DNA of 64,000 nt from Paraspadella gotoi. Its lineage: Eukaryota; Animalia; Chaetognatha. Within the stretch, counting starts at the first letter, position 1. Every line of letters begins with the position of its first letter. The stretch is taken from the NCBI GenBank assembly GCA_051294375.1, contig CM119265.1:24471861-24535860 (forward strand), given 5' to 3'. The notes below the pieces were generated by a model. That model worked only from the letters and a program-made list of their open reading frames with translations. It did not search any database and was not told where the DNA came from. Shown piece by piece: positions 1 through 13,449 of this stretch. The translations under genes and the position numbers were made by a program.

Positions 1-1339
1 GGCACCGTGACGCCAGTCGAGCTTCAAACAGTGGCTGCCCATGCAGCACGTCGACGATCTGCTTGGCGGTGCTGCCCGCCTCGTATCGCCAGCAACGTGG
101 CCTCCCCAAGGCGGCGCGGGCACATGCAGCATTCCAATTCAATCTGGGCCGTCGGCGGTCGTCGCGTCGGTCAGGCCAGCAGGCGCAGCCGTGCTGACCA
201 GGGTCGGCCCGCCGCAAGGCATCATGCCCGCATACGAAGTTCTTGGCAGAGAACGCCCGTTCGTCTGTCGCACGGGCAGCACGCAGCACCACACTGGTTG
301 TGGTTCGGCAGGGGCCATTTGGCAGTCGTCCCACATCAACACATACACATCACACATAACATCAACACAATGAATACACAATATACACCATTTTAACAAA
401 CTCAGCACATTGCTCTTTTCCTACAGCCATCACTTTCACAAGCATGCAGTCCTTCACCTACAGCAGGAGTCCTTCACACCCTTGTGCACCACCAGTTCCC
501 CTTCGTAGTCTGCAAGCGGTCGATCTTCCTTATCGTCGTACGCACATTCTCGCGCGTCTTGCAATGGACATTCCGTCCACCGACGTCGCAGGTCTTTGGT
601 CCAGTTCTGCACATGCACATTACAACATGATCATGATTCAACAACAATCACATGCATTCCGAGCAACATCATTTTTTTTCAAAAAACAGTCAAAGCACAT
701 ACACACATGGGGGCAACACAAATTCATCACAGCGCACATCATCATCATCCAATTTGTTAGAGCCGGATTTTGGTGGCAGGCGTTGCAACACAACAAGCAC
801 GCACACCATTTCAATACCACATACGCAGGCCACAAACACATTACCCATAACACATGTCCATACGATTGTAAGGATCACAGGCTTCCATTTTGAATCATAT
901 ATCATCATCAGCAGACATTGATTATTCTCAATTCCTGATTCTTCACAAGTTACCCGTCTTTTTCTCAGCATGTCTCCCCCGTGTGCACCGGGATGAAACA
1001 TTCGCCAGACCACACACGGGCCCACTTCCCATCACGTGACACCACTCCCGATCAGCTCCGCAGGATCCCCGTCGCAGGGCATCCGTGTCCGCCAGGACGG
1101 CACGCAGTGGGTCTCGTGTGTTCGGCTCCCGGCCCGCATGGGCCGCCACATGCCGCCCGCAACGCAATCCTCTCGGGCCAGACAGCCACCGGAACACGGT
1201 CGGCCGTCGAGGCCCGGCAGCTTGCCTTCGCCGCCACAGGATGCGGCCACGCAGGGGTCGGGGGCGTCTCCGTCGTCCTCCTTCCAGCGGCATGACAGAA
1301 CTTCCGGCGCATGTCGTCGTCCTCTGCATCCCATCCTCG

Positions 1340-4300
1340 CTCCTCTCCTCTTTTCCCATGGTCGGTTTTCCGCAACATGACAGATCATTGTCCCATCGTT
1401 GTGATGGTTGTCATTGTGATCGGTTTTGTCATCATTCATCAGTGGTGGTATGTCCATTCGCGTCCATCCCAGGGCCCCTTTTCCCATGCATCACATTCAC
1501 TCGCCAATCGCAAGCATCCATTGATCCAACGTTGTTGCGTTGTTGTAATCTGTTGTGATGCATTGTCCATTGTGGTTGATTGTCCATTCATACGTGGTAG
1601 GTTGTCATCGTCCTCCAGGCACTTCTTTTCCCATGATCGTTATCACCCCCTCAATGACAGCATTGTTGTCCAGCTGCATGGTCGCATTGTCATCCAATTG
1701 TGGTGGCTGTTGTCCATCACGTGGTGATGTCGTAACGTCACTCCTCTGCCCTTTTTCCATGATCATTCACTCCACATAGCACACAGATCATTTTCCACCA
1801 TTGTGGGTTGTTGTCCATCATTGTGATGCATATGTTGTCCATTGTCAGTGGTTCTGCTCATTATCGCAGTGGGTGGTATGTCCATCGTCCTCCAGGATTT
1901 CTTTTCGCATGGTCGTATACCCCAGCAACAGCACTCGTTGTCGCTGCAATGATCCATCATTGTGGTGGCTGTTGTCCAATCAGTGGTGGCATTATCGTCC
2001 ATCCTCTTCTGCTTCTTTTCATGATCCATTCACTCCACATGCACAGATCATTGTCAACGTTGTGGTTTGTGTCATCATTGGTGCATGCAGTGCTTGTCCA
2101 TTTTATACGTGGGTGGATTGTCTCGTCCATCGTGGTGCGCAAATCATCGCTCCATCGCTCTTCTCTGCTCCTTTTCCCATGGTCATTCACTCCCCAAATA
2201 AAGATCATTGGTCACACGTTGTGTTGTTGTCATCACATTGTGCATGCATTGTTGTCCATTGATGGTGGTTTGCTTGTCATCCCGTGGTGGCATATCGTCA
2301 TCCTCTTACCTGCTGCTTCTTTTTTCCCATGCATCCATGTACTCCCACATGAAGTCATGGGTTCCACACGGTTGTGGTTGTTGCTTCAATCATTGTGCAT
2401 GCAATTGTTGGTCATTGTGAGTGGTATTGATTGTCCATCGTGGTGGATATCGTCCAATCCTCCTTCTGCTCCTTTTCCCATGGTCCATGTCACTCCAATC
2501 AAATGCATCCATTTGGAGTCCACACAGTTGTGGTTTGTTTGTCACATCTCATTGTGATGATTGTTTGTCATTGTGGGATGGTTGTTCCATTCATCAGAGC
2601 ATGGTGGTGGTCCATCCATCCTCCCAGGGCCCCTTTGTCGCATGCATGCCATATCACTCTACTCCAAATGCACAGCATCATTTGTCGCACCATTCGATCG
2701 TTTGTTGTCCATCGTCTGTGATGATATGTTGTGGCATTCGTGCTTGGTTGTCTGTCCATGCAGTGGTGCACTGTGCGTCATCCTCCTACTGCTGGACGTC
2801 TTTCCCATGGTCATTACTTCCAATCACCACAGATCCATTGTCACAGCGTCTTGTGGGTTGTTTGTCACATCAATTGTGATGCAATTGTGTCCATTGTGCA
2901 TGGGTTGTCATTCATAAGTGGATGGTTGTCCACATCGTCGCTCCAGGGCCCTTTTTCGCACTGATACATCTACATACCACATGCAAGACTCAATATCGCA
3001 CATTGTAGTTGTTGTCCATCATTCGTGATGCATTGTTTTAATATTGTCAGTGGTTGTCATTATCAGTGGTGGTTGTCATCGTCTCCTCCCAGGGCCCCCT
3101 TTTCCCCATGCATCATTACTCCACATGCACAGCACTCCATTGTCGACCATTGTTGGTTGTCCTGTCCATCCATCTGTGCATGCATTGTTTGTCATGCTGT
3201 GACTGGTCTGTCCATTATCAGTGGTGGTCCTGTCAATACGTCCTCCCAAGGGCCCTTTTTCCATGATCCATGTCACTCCCACATGAACGATCCATTGCAT
3301 CCCACCATTGTGGTTGTTGTCCATCGTATGTGCATGATATGTTGTTCATTGTCAGTGGTTGCATACAGTCCTCCAGGCACATTTTTTTTCACCATGGTCC
3401 ATTAGCCCACATGGACAGCATTGTTGTCGCTGATGTGATTTGTCATCATTGTGGTGGTTGTTGTCATCCGTGGTGATGTCGTACATCCTCCCTCTGGCCT
3501 TCCTTTTCCATGGTCATTACTCCAATGACAGCAATCATTGTCGACCATTGCTGGTTGTTGTCCATCCATTGTGCAATGCATTCTGTTGTCCATTGTGGTG
3601 TTGTTTGTCCATCGTGGTGGGATGTGCGTCCATCCGCTCCTCTGCTCCTTTTCCATGTCCATGTCACTTCCAATAACAAGCATCCATTGGTCCAACGTTG
3701 TGGTTGTTGTCATCATTGTGCATGATTGTTGTCCATGTGGATGGATTGTCATTATAGGGCATGGTTGTCATCGTCCTCCAGGAACTTCTTTTCCATGGTC
3801 GTTACCCCCACATGAAGATTGTTGTCGCACCATTGTCAAGTTGTTGTCCATCGCATTGTGCAGCATTGTTGTAATTGTAGATGGTTGTCCCATTATCAGT
3901 TGGTCAGGTTGTTCCATCGTCCTCCAGGGCCCCTTTTCCATCATCATTCACTCCACATGCAGATCATTGTCGACCAGTTGTCAGTTGTTGTCATCCATTG
4001 TGCAGTGCATTGTTGTGACATTTGCTATGTGGAGGTTGTCCATTATAGTGGTGGTTGTCATCGTCCTCCCAGGGCACTTTTCACCCATGCATCCATTCAC
4101 TTCCCAATGACAGCATCCATTGTCGACATTGTGGTTGTTGTCATCGTTGTGGCATGATTGTTCATCATTTGGTGATGGGTCATTATCAGTGGTGGTTTGT
4201 CCATCGTCCTCCCAGGGCCCCTTTTCCCGTGATCCATACACTCCAAATGCAAGGATCATTGTCGCACATTGTGGTTTGTTGGGTCCATCCATTGTTGATA

Positions 4301-4633
4301 GCATCATCATTGTTGTCCATTGTAAAGTGGTTTGTCATTCATGTGGTGGTTGTCCATCAGTCCTCCAGGACTTCTTTTCCATGGTCTTCACCATCAATGA
4401 CAGATTGTTGTCGCTTCATCGTGCATTGTCCATCCATTGTGTGTGGCTGTTGTCATCGTGGTGGATCATCGTCGTCCTCACCTCTGCTCCTTTTCCATGC
4501 AGTCATTACTCCCATAACAGATCACATTTTTCCACCATTGTGGTTGTGTCCATCACATTGTGATGCATTGTTGTCAATTGTAGTGGTTGTCATTCATAGT
4601 GGTGGTTGTCCATCGTCCTCCAGGCACTTCTTT
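1340..4633. repeat. Degenerate tandem satellite, ~125-150-bp unit, roughly two dozen copies
   Basis: The motif cgtcctccagggcccc-ttttccatg-atcattcactccacat...cattgtggttgttgtccatc recurs (ttttcc(c)atg-type anchors at 1351, 1479, 1627, 1753, 1901, 2017, 2173, 2322, 2473 and onward). Confidence 0.9.
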
Positions 4634-4658
4634 NNNNNNNNNNNNNNNNNNNNNNNNN

Positions 4659-5725
4659 GAAAGAAAGAAAGAAAGAAAGAAAGAAAAGAAAAGAAAGTAG
4701 TTTTGGAAGAAAAACAATCGGTCTCTCGATGCGATGAAAGGGGAGAGGAAAACCCTAACGTAAATGAGGCGACGGGAAAATTTATGGGTTTGGCTGAGGC
4801 GTCGAGGTGAGGGCCAACTTGGGTAAGTAACGGAGGTGGAGGTGGAGGGTAAGGTCTGAGGCCTTAAATAGTCGAAGGGGAAAAAGTGGAATTCTGGTAA
4901 GTTATGCCGGACGCAAAAAATGGGGAACGCGGAACATGAAATGCTCGAATGAGGAATGAAGTAAAGAATTAAAAGACGAATAAGAAATATCTTTAGGGTA
5001 AGGCTGAGCCAATTGTATGGCGACTGGCAGATGGTGGAGAACATTCGATTCGACGTTAACGAGTTTGTGGCTGATGGCAAATTTTAAAATGGAATAAAGA
5101 AAGCGATTGATGTTGCTGGGGAAAGAAAATAACATTCTTGGGTTGTAGTGGAGGTAACTGTTGTAACTGATGTAGAAACACGCAATAATTGTTTTGTCTT
5201 ACGAATAAATCGACAATGGACATTGTACAAATCACATTGGACAATAACATTTCATAATCCCTACTTAATCCACTATAGTGATTATGGAAACTGGTTTTAA
5301 TATACAGTATAATCTATTTAACCATTTCCTGACAAATAATTGTTCACTAACCTTATATTTTTGTTCTTGTTTTTTCAGATTTACTCGTGATTTATAGTAA
5401 GATTATTAGAAGTAAGAGAACCAGCGCCCGAAGCGAGTCGAGAGTCGGTCGTAATGAAAGAGAGGGAAGAAGTTAACACCGCCAGAGAAATTGATTATGC
5501 ATAACAACGAAGGCGACAGTTCGCAAATGACAAAGAGTAAAGAGGAGGAGGAAGAGGAGGATGAAGAAGAGGAAATATTAAAGAGAGAAAACCGGTGTGA
5601 TCGCTCCTGTTACGATCTTGGGTACTAATGTCGACAGGGATTAGGGATATTTTCAAATTTATGGGGGAATAGTGTTAAAGGAGAGAGATACTTCCTCTCT
5701 CTGCTCTCTCTGCTTCTCTCTCTCT

Positions 5726-5782
<57 letters not shown>

Positions 5783-7870
5783 ATCTCTCTCTCTCCTCAT
5801 CTCCTCTCTCTTCTCTCTCTATCCTTCTACTTCTCCTTCGCCCAGAGAGGAGACGGGCTCGGCGCGAAAAGAAGCCATAATTTTTCATTACACGATTATG
5901 TTAAGGGCTTTACTTCAAAGTGAGGGCCCCTTTTTTTTTTCTGTGGGACTGACTAAAAAACGGCATCGTAAAAAAAAAAGGATCCACCTTCCCGAATCTT
6001 TCAATCGTTCCATAACCTTACCTAACTCACCGATCAACCCTTACCCCGCCTTTGAACCTCCCATTTCTCAGAATGTTGAATGGCGACATTTAATCTTTTC
6101 TTTCAGTCGGATGAACAAGCAGAAGGTGATATTTCTTTCCCAGCATTCAACTCTACCAATCAGACGGAACGAAGAGAGACAGACCAAGCATTATGTATGT
6201 TTTTATTTTGTTATCATTATTCGTTTGTTTAATCGGTTATAGTTAAGATAATTACTTTTTTCTTATTTTCCTCTTTCTAAATATCCGTCCGATCAATGGT
6301 TTCGTTTCTCATCTGATTAACCAATTATAAAAAGTCAGAAAAAAAAAACTATTCACATCTACACAAAGGATGTATTTAAATTATTTATTATTTAATTATT
6401 TCTCTTCTCTTAGCTTAGTTTTAATCTAAATAAGTTTTAACTATTCTCTTCTATTACAATATTTGAAATTTACCGTCTATTTTTTAGGTCTAGGTTTATT
6501 TTCATCGGCACGGTTCTTCAATCGATCGGATAACACTCGGGACACGGACTCATTTTTTTTTCTTTGTTTTTTTTTCTTCTTAAACGTTGAAACAAAGAGA
6601 ATAAAACTTTTTTTTCTCCATTTTTATCATCTAGAAAACCGAGGGGCCCGGTTTCTCAGTCTCGTTGTCGGGGCCGAGGAAGAGGAGAAAGAAAAAAGGA
6701 GGAAGGTAAGGAAAGGGAAAAAAGGAAAGGAAAAACAGCAAAGGGAAGGAAAGAAAGAACGAAGAACGAAAAAACGAAGAAAAAGAAAGAAAGAAAGAAA
6801 GAAAGAAGAGAAAGAAATAAAGAAAGAAAGAAAAGAAAGACAAAGAAAGAAAGAAAGAAGAGAAAAGAAAGTAGTTTGGAAGAAAAAACATCGGTCTCTC
6901 GATGCGATGAAAGGGGAGAGGAAAACCCTATACTAAATGAGGCCGACGGGAAAAATTTATGGGTTTGGCTGAGGCGTCGAGGTGAGGCCCACTTGTAAGT
7001 ACGGAGGCGTGGACGGTGAGGGTAAGGTCATGAAGCTTAAATAGTCAAGGGAAAAGTGGATTTGGTAAGTTATGCGGACGCAAAAATGGGAACGCGGAAC
7101 ATGAAATGCTCGAATGAAGGAATGAGTAAAGAATAAAAAGCGAGTAAGAAAATCTTTAGGGTAACGCTGAAGCCAATTGGTCAATGGCGACGCTGGCAGA
7201 TGGTGAGAACATCATTCGACGTTTAACTGAGTTTGTGGCTGATGGCAAATTTTAAAATGGAATAAAGAAGCGATTGGATGTTGCTGGGGAAAGAAAATAA
7301 CTTCTGGGTTGTAGTGGATGGTAACTGTGGTAACTGACTGGTGTAAGAAACACGCATAATTTGTTTTGTCTACAATAAATCGACAATGGACATTGTACAA
7401 TCACATTGGACAATAAATTTCATAACTCCCTACTAATCCACTATAGTGGATTATGGAAACTGGTTTTGTGAACTGGTTAATACGATAAATCTATTAACAT
7501 TTCCTGACAAAATAATTGTTCACTAACCTTATATTTTTGTTCTTGTTTTTCAGATTTTAACTCGTGATTTATAGTAGATTCATTAGAAGTAAGAGAACAG
7601 CGCCCGAAGCGAGTCGAGAGTCGGTCGTAATGAAAGAGAGGGAAGAAGTTAACACCGCCAGGAAATTGATTATGCATAACGACAAAGGCGACTAGTTCGC
7701 AACTGAAAAGAGTAAAGAGGAGGAGGAAGAGGAGGACGAGAAGAGGAATATTAAGAGAGAAAACCGGTGTGGATCGCTCCTGTTTATCGATCTTTGGGTA
7801 GCTATGTCGCGGGATTAGGATATTTCAAATTTATGGGGGAATAGTGTCTGAGGAGGAGTGAGGGGGGAGA
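4659..7870 (+). repeat. Direct duplication ~4659-5680 / ~6830-7870
   Basis: The sequence from gaaagtagttttggaag...atcggtctctcgatgcgatgaaagg to atttatgggggaatagtgt occurs twice, differing mainly by 1-2-nt indels. The pair is bracketed by 25-N gaps. Confidence 0.9.
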
Positions 7871-7961
7871 GAGAGGGAGAGAGGGAGAGGAGAGAGAGAG
7901 AGAGGAGAGAGAGAAGAGAGAGAGAGAGAGAGAGCANNNNNNNNNNNNNNNNNNNNNNNNN

Positions 7962-7996
<35 letters not shown>

Positions 7997-8452
7997 AATG
8001 ATCCCGGGACTGAGCGTCGGATGCGAGAGTTGCTATCGGAAATCGAAAATCTATACTCGATGGAAAATTTTCTCTCCCTAACAAAGGACAGTTACAGTTA
8101 CCATTACCAATTCTGTTACAATAACCATTACCATAATAGTCGAGATTCCTTAATCAAAAAAGTATGATTTTCACCAGCTATTTTACATTCAGTGACAGCG
8201 ATGGCACTTAATAGAAATTCTTTAATGATTATTCACCAAAAAAAAATATATTTCACGAGTCTTCGGCGATTTGTTTTGATCGTTCTCCTCCCAACGTAAA
8301 CGACTCACTCCCAAACTTTTCCAACTGTCAACCGCCTCGTTCACGAAATGTGAAAAGGGAATTCACGAAACTCTTTCGAAATCGTTACCGTTCGCGTCAC
8401 TAACGACGGCGGCACGCCATCACAACAGTAATAGATCTGTATGGAAACCCAT

Positions 8453-8454
<2 letters not shown>

Positions 8455-8546
<92 letters not shown>
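8455..8546. repeat. (AG)n microsatellite, representative of many AG/CT tracts in the window
   Basis: Directly visible. Similar tracts lie at ~5700, 10360, 17160, 20720-21055, 25400, 41960, 44590, 51840 and 60530. Confidence 0.95.
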
Positions 8547-8550
<4 letters not shown>

Positions 8551-10362
8551 AATCTCATCTTCTCTGTTGATAGCGTCAAATCTTTGTCAACCAACCTCGT
8601 CCCACACGCCCCCCCAAGAAAAGAGGTAAACAAAAGTAATAACAAAAGGAAAAACAAATTCGTGAGACTCAATTTTTTTTGCATCGACAAAATTTTTTTT
8701 ATCTCTTTTTATTTGTTTTATTCTTTTTGTTTATTCATTAAATATTTCCTTTGATTTTTGTCTATTTTCCCTTTTTGTATAAAATGATGGGGATACAGAG
8801 CGAGTTCAGCTGTTGTGACCTGAGGGGCAAATAATTTTTTAAAAACTTAATTTGATTCTTGTTGAATAAGACTATTTTAAAAAGGTTTTGCTATATTTAC
8901 TTTTATACCTTTGCATTTTAATTTATTAACTCGATTGTAAAGTTTTTCTTGAAATTCATTTTAATAAATGCAAGAAATGAAGCAATGGTAAATATTTTAC
9001 TGGCGAAACAAAAACAAGCCGAGGGTAAAAAACAAAGCAAAACAGAAAAACAAACAAAAAATCCTCTTCTCCTTATTTCTCTTTGCATCTTAATTAAAAA
9101 CCCCTTTTTTTTTCTAAGCGACATTTTTCCACGCCTTCATTTTTCAAAGCCAAACTCACAACAACAACAACAACAACAACAACATCTCGATTCTCAAAGT
9201 GGAGATGACGATTTTTCTTTATTCTTTCAACGTAATTTCCTCACTTTTTTTTTCTCTTTCTTTATTTTTTTTCTCGAAGATCAAAGAGAAAGAAGGAAAA
9301 AAAATTCTCAGGTGAAAAATGAGAAAAGTTTTTTCTCGCCATCTTTATTTTTTTTTGCCGCCATATTTATTTTTTCCCGCCATCTTTGTTTTTTTTTCCG
9401 CCATCTTGTTTGTTGATGGAAACGCATGATTTTCTCGGGTCGACGGAAACGATTAGTCAATTTCGGAGAGGGGGGGTTGGTTGAGGAGGTGAGGGGGGAG
9501 AGGGGGGAGGAAGGTTTTCGGAGGAGGTAATGAAGCGTTATTGTAGAGGGTGAGGTACGAACAGGTTGTCTTACGCTATTGAGTTTGAATTGAAGCAACG
9601 TACGGTCCGTACATCCGTACATCCTCGTGTCAAACATTGGAATTGATAATCGTCACAATGACGCTTGTTTATTCCGACAATTTAAGTTATTCGTTTATCT
9701 TTTTGTTTATTTCACGATTTTATTAATTTAACGAAGCGAATCGAAGTGAAAAAAAAGGAAACAAAAGAGCACGAGAGAGTGGAAAGATTCAAAGCGACAA
9801 TCGTTGACAAAATAACGAGGGAGAAGGGAAGTTGTTGAAAAAAAAAGAGCAACGTCTTTCACAAAAAATGAAATGTTTTTCAATCGAAGAGAGTTTTGCC
9901 TTGTTTTTTTAAAACGGCAAACGCATTGTTCTTTAAAGCTTCAGTTCTCAGGTTGTCATTGTTTTGACAAGTCGTTACTTACGAAATCAAAAAATCAATA
10001 TGTAGAATATAAAAATAATTTCAATGTTATTTTAGCTTATTATGATATCTTTTATCTACTACAGAATTAGAATGTTACCAAAAAAATAGCAAATCTCAAT
10101 TTATCAATAATAAAAAAGTTTTATGTATAAATAGAAGAAATGTTTTTTTTCTCAGAGCCAGAGGGCGTGACAGCCGTGACAAGCTTCCTCCTTTTCTTGG
10201 AAAAGAATCTTTTTCTTTTTTTTCGAGTCGTAATTACGAAGTCATTTTATTTCTTTTCTTCGTCTAGATTATTAATTCCGATCATGAACGTCATTCCCCT
10301 GAGGGATTCGATGCCGCTCTGGTACTTTGCGTCACTGGTTCACAGCGTCAATTAGTCACGGA

Positions 10363-10437
<75 letters not shown>

Positions 10438-10601
10438 GGGGGAATCTTATCAGATTCACCCATATAAAAAAAACATGGACTGTGGCGCTCAGTGACGGTT
10501 TGAACGGTGAGAATTCCCGATGACGGCTAGGATTTCGCCTTGGGACTGATCCTTCCGTGCCGATGCCTGCCCAATGTCCATGCTCTCCATGACACAGGAA
10601 C

Positions 10602-10781
10602 TTACAGCCGGGGAGCCAACACCCCGAGAGAGACTGACCTATAATAAGATAGTCAAATTATTAAAAAAATATATAATCAATGACAAGATTTTTAACATTG
10701 GCATTATATTTTTTTTTAATTATTTGACTATCTTATTATAAGGTCCAGTCTCTCCTCGGCGGTGTTGGCTCCCCGTCGTAA
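10602..10781. repeat. ~180-bp palindrome (MITE-like hairpin); truncated copy at 16343-16497
   Basis: The left arm ggggagccaacacc...gactgacctataataagatagtcaaa pairs with the right arm tttgactatcttattataaggtccagtc...ggtgttggctcccc. Confidence 0.75.
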
Positions 10782-13449
10782 ATTACCCCACGAATACGTT
10801 CACTCTTTCCAAGACGACAATCAAGCGAAAATAAAGGGAGGAGCGTTGAAAATAAAAGTTTTGGTTTCCTAGTAACTCGGTCGCAATCTTAAGTTTCCAT
10901 GGTAACGCGTCTGGCCGCGACAAACTCGTTTCTTAACAGCTTTTTCTCATTCATTCGATCGAATGAAGAGAAAAAAAGGAATCTCATTTCAGGTACTATT
11001 GGATGGTGGTGCTCATAGTGGCATTCTGATTGGATGGTGGTTGCTCATGATGGCTCCATTGATGGGTGTGCTTGCTATGTCTTTATTATTCATCTTTTTC
11101 ATATCTTTCGTTTTCACATTTTGTCTTTCTTTTTTCTTCGTGTTCTCTCTATTTCTTTCTTCCTATATTCTTATATTTTCTTTTAGTACGCTCACAGACA
11201 TAATTAGTATGTTTTAAATTCTGTTTTACGAAATAACTATCTTTAATTTCGGAGGAAATCCAGCTTCTCTAAACCTTTTTCCCCGTTGCTTTTGCTCTTT
11301 ATTACTCGACAAATAAAAAATGTCCTTCCATTCTAGCGCGATCGACATGACATTTTTAGGCTCTCTCTTTTGTTTATACTAAGTACAAAATTCGAAGCCT
11401 GGCAGTGTACAGCTGATTCTGATTGGTGCCCCGTGATCTGATAGATTTGATTAAGATTCTTAAATCGAATTCTACCACGGGCATCTTCAGATCTCAAAGT
11501 TGTACTGGGTTTTTAGTTCTTTTCAGAGCATTGAACCAACTCTCTTCTCAAGACATACTTCGGAATCTTATTTTTTGTGTGATCGATGGTTTGGGGTGGA
11601 CTTTTTATGAAGAGAAGCATCTCTATTTTCTGTAATTATTATTGGCTTCAGAAACAAGTAGAAGACTCTTTAAATTATAAATATTTGCTGGAAGTTTGTA
11701 CTAAATGTTTTGTTATTCCTTGCCCAGGACTTTAACTTCTTCTTCTTAAGACTTTCAAGACTCTCTTCTCAGACTTACATACTCTGTCAGTCTGGGCTTT
11801 CGATAGACAGTTCGTCATTTGGCTCTAGCGACGTCGTCTACTGAGACTTTGTCGTCAGCATCTCCAGCGGCGTCTGGACCGGCGCCTATCGTCTCTTCTG
11901 CGCCATTTTATACAGCCGATTGCCATCTGGTCTTCATGGCAGAAATTAGTCCAGTCGTTAGAATTCAAAAGACGCCACTTCTCCGAACTTAGTTCAATAC
12001 AAATCATAGTTACTATTCCCCTTGCCTTCTTTTTTAATGTTTGCTGTTTATTTTTAATTTGTTTTAAGTTCATTTTTCCTATAATCCTGTCTCAACAACA
12101 TTCAAAGGATCAATTCATCTCATCATCTGTTCATTTGTTCGTCCGATGAATTCCATCTCTTACCCGGTTCGTTGGCCTCCATTGCACATCCATCCATTCG
12201 TTCCGGGTTCTCTCGTTGCCAACTTTGACTTGTGGCTCTTTATTCTTCTCTCATCCTCTCTCTCTCTCCTCTCTCCTCTCTTCTTCTCATCTCTTTCTCA
12301 TCAGCTCTCTTTATCTCTCTTCTCTCTCTCTCTCCTCATTTTTCCCAGGGTTTTCAACCCAACAAAGGAAAAACGGCCCATAACTTTGGTGATTTTACGA
12401 GTTGATAAATCTTCCTTATGATAGTTTGATGCCTGAGACGGTAGCGGCGTCGTGCGCTAAGGGTGTTTCAGAAAAACCAAAAAGCGTGGATATTAAGATT
12501 CATGTGACACTTTTTATAAAAACAATAAATATATTCATGCAACTTATGTAAGTAAAAAAAAACAGGCTTAAAGCAAATACTATCTACTTTTCAAATGTAA
12601 ATTCCAAACGGTAAAAACATGAGTATACCATGTTTTAGCAACCCCAATTTAACCACATAAATATTAAATATTAAAGTTTAAAAAAAATCATAATAAAAAA
12701 AAAATCTCTCATTCCTTACCATTCCAACCACTATTCTTTGTCGTCTTTGCAGTGGTGAGGGACCCAGCGGACGACGACGACGAAACGAGCGACGACGTCG
12801 ACGTCTGGTGAATAAAATGAGGTTTGAAACCGTGAAGTCGACGATAGCAGATTATTTCCTTTTTTTTTCCTCTAAGAAAGAGTAAGAAAAGAAAGAAAAA
12901 TTATGTGAAAGTTTGTCCCGTTGCTTGTGCAAAGTTCACTTATGACTTTATCTAATTGATTGTTTGGCTTTCTTGAGTCCACGGTACAAAAATTTTTGAT
13001 CTCGATCTACGTTATAAGAAAATTTTGTAATAGTTTATTCTTCATTAATCGTTTTCCTTTTTTACTTCACCTTCCTAACATAGAATCAAAGGCGACATAT
13101 TTTTCAACAATGGCCCGGTTTCAACTTAAATTCGAAAAATTAAATGAGTTTTTTAAATTAAGTTATCAAGGGTACTGGTCAGGATAAAGTTATTAATTGA
13201 GGATTGGGTTAATATTGAAATTTTTAGTATTTTCGGTAAAAGATTTAAAATATTAAATACTGCATCACACATAAATTTAGGATTCGGAACAAACGTGGCG
13301 CTTGTCGAAATAGTGCCCTCATCCGGAATCCATCTCTTTTCCCGAAGTCGCTAATTGAGTGTCGCAGTCGGACCTCCAACGGTGTCGCCTCCCTCTGCCG
13401 GACAACTCTTTGAAAATCGCCACGAACAATTGGCGACTCGGAAAGGAGC

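Noticed and set aside
1311-4810. Numerous overlapping His/Cys/Val-rich ORFs
   Set aside because: They are translations of a stop-poor satellite with no consistent frame between units.
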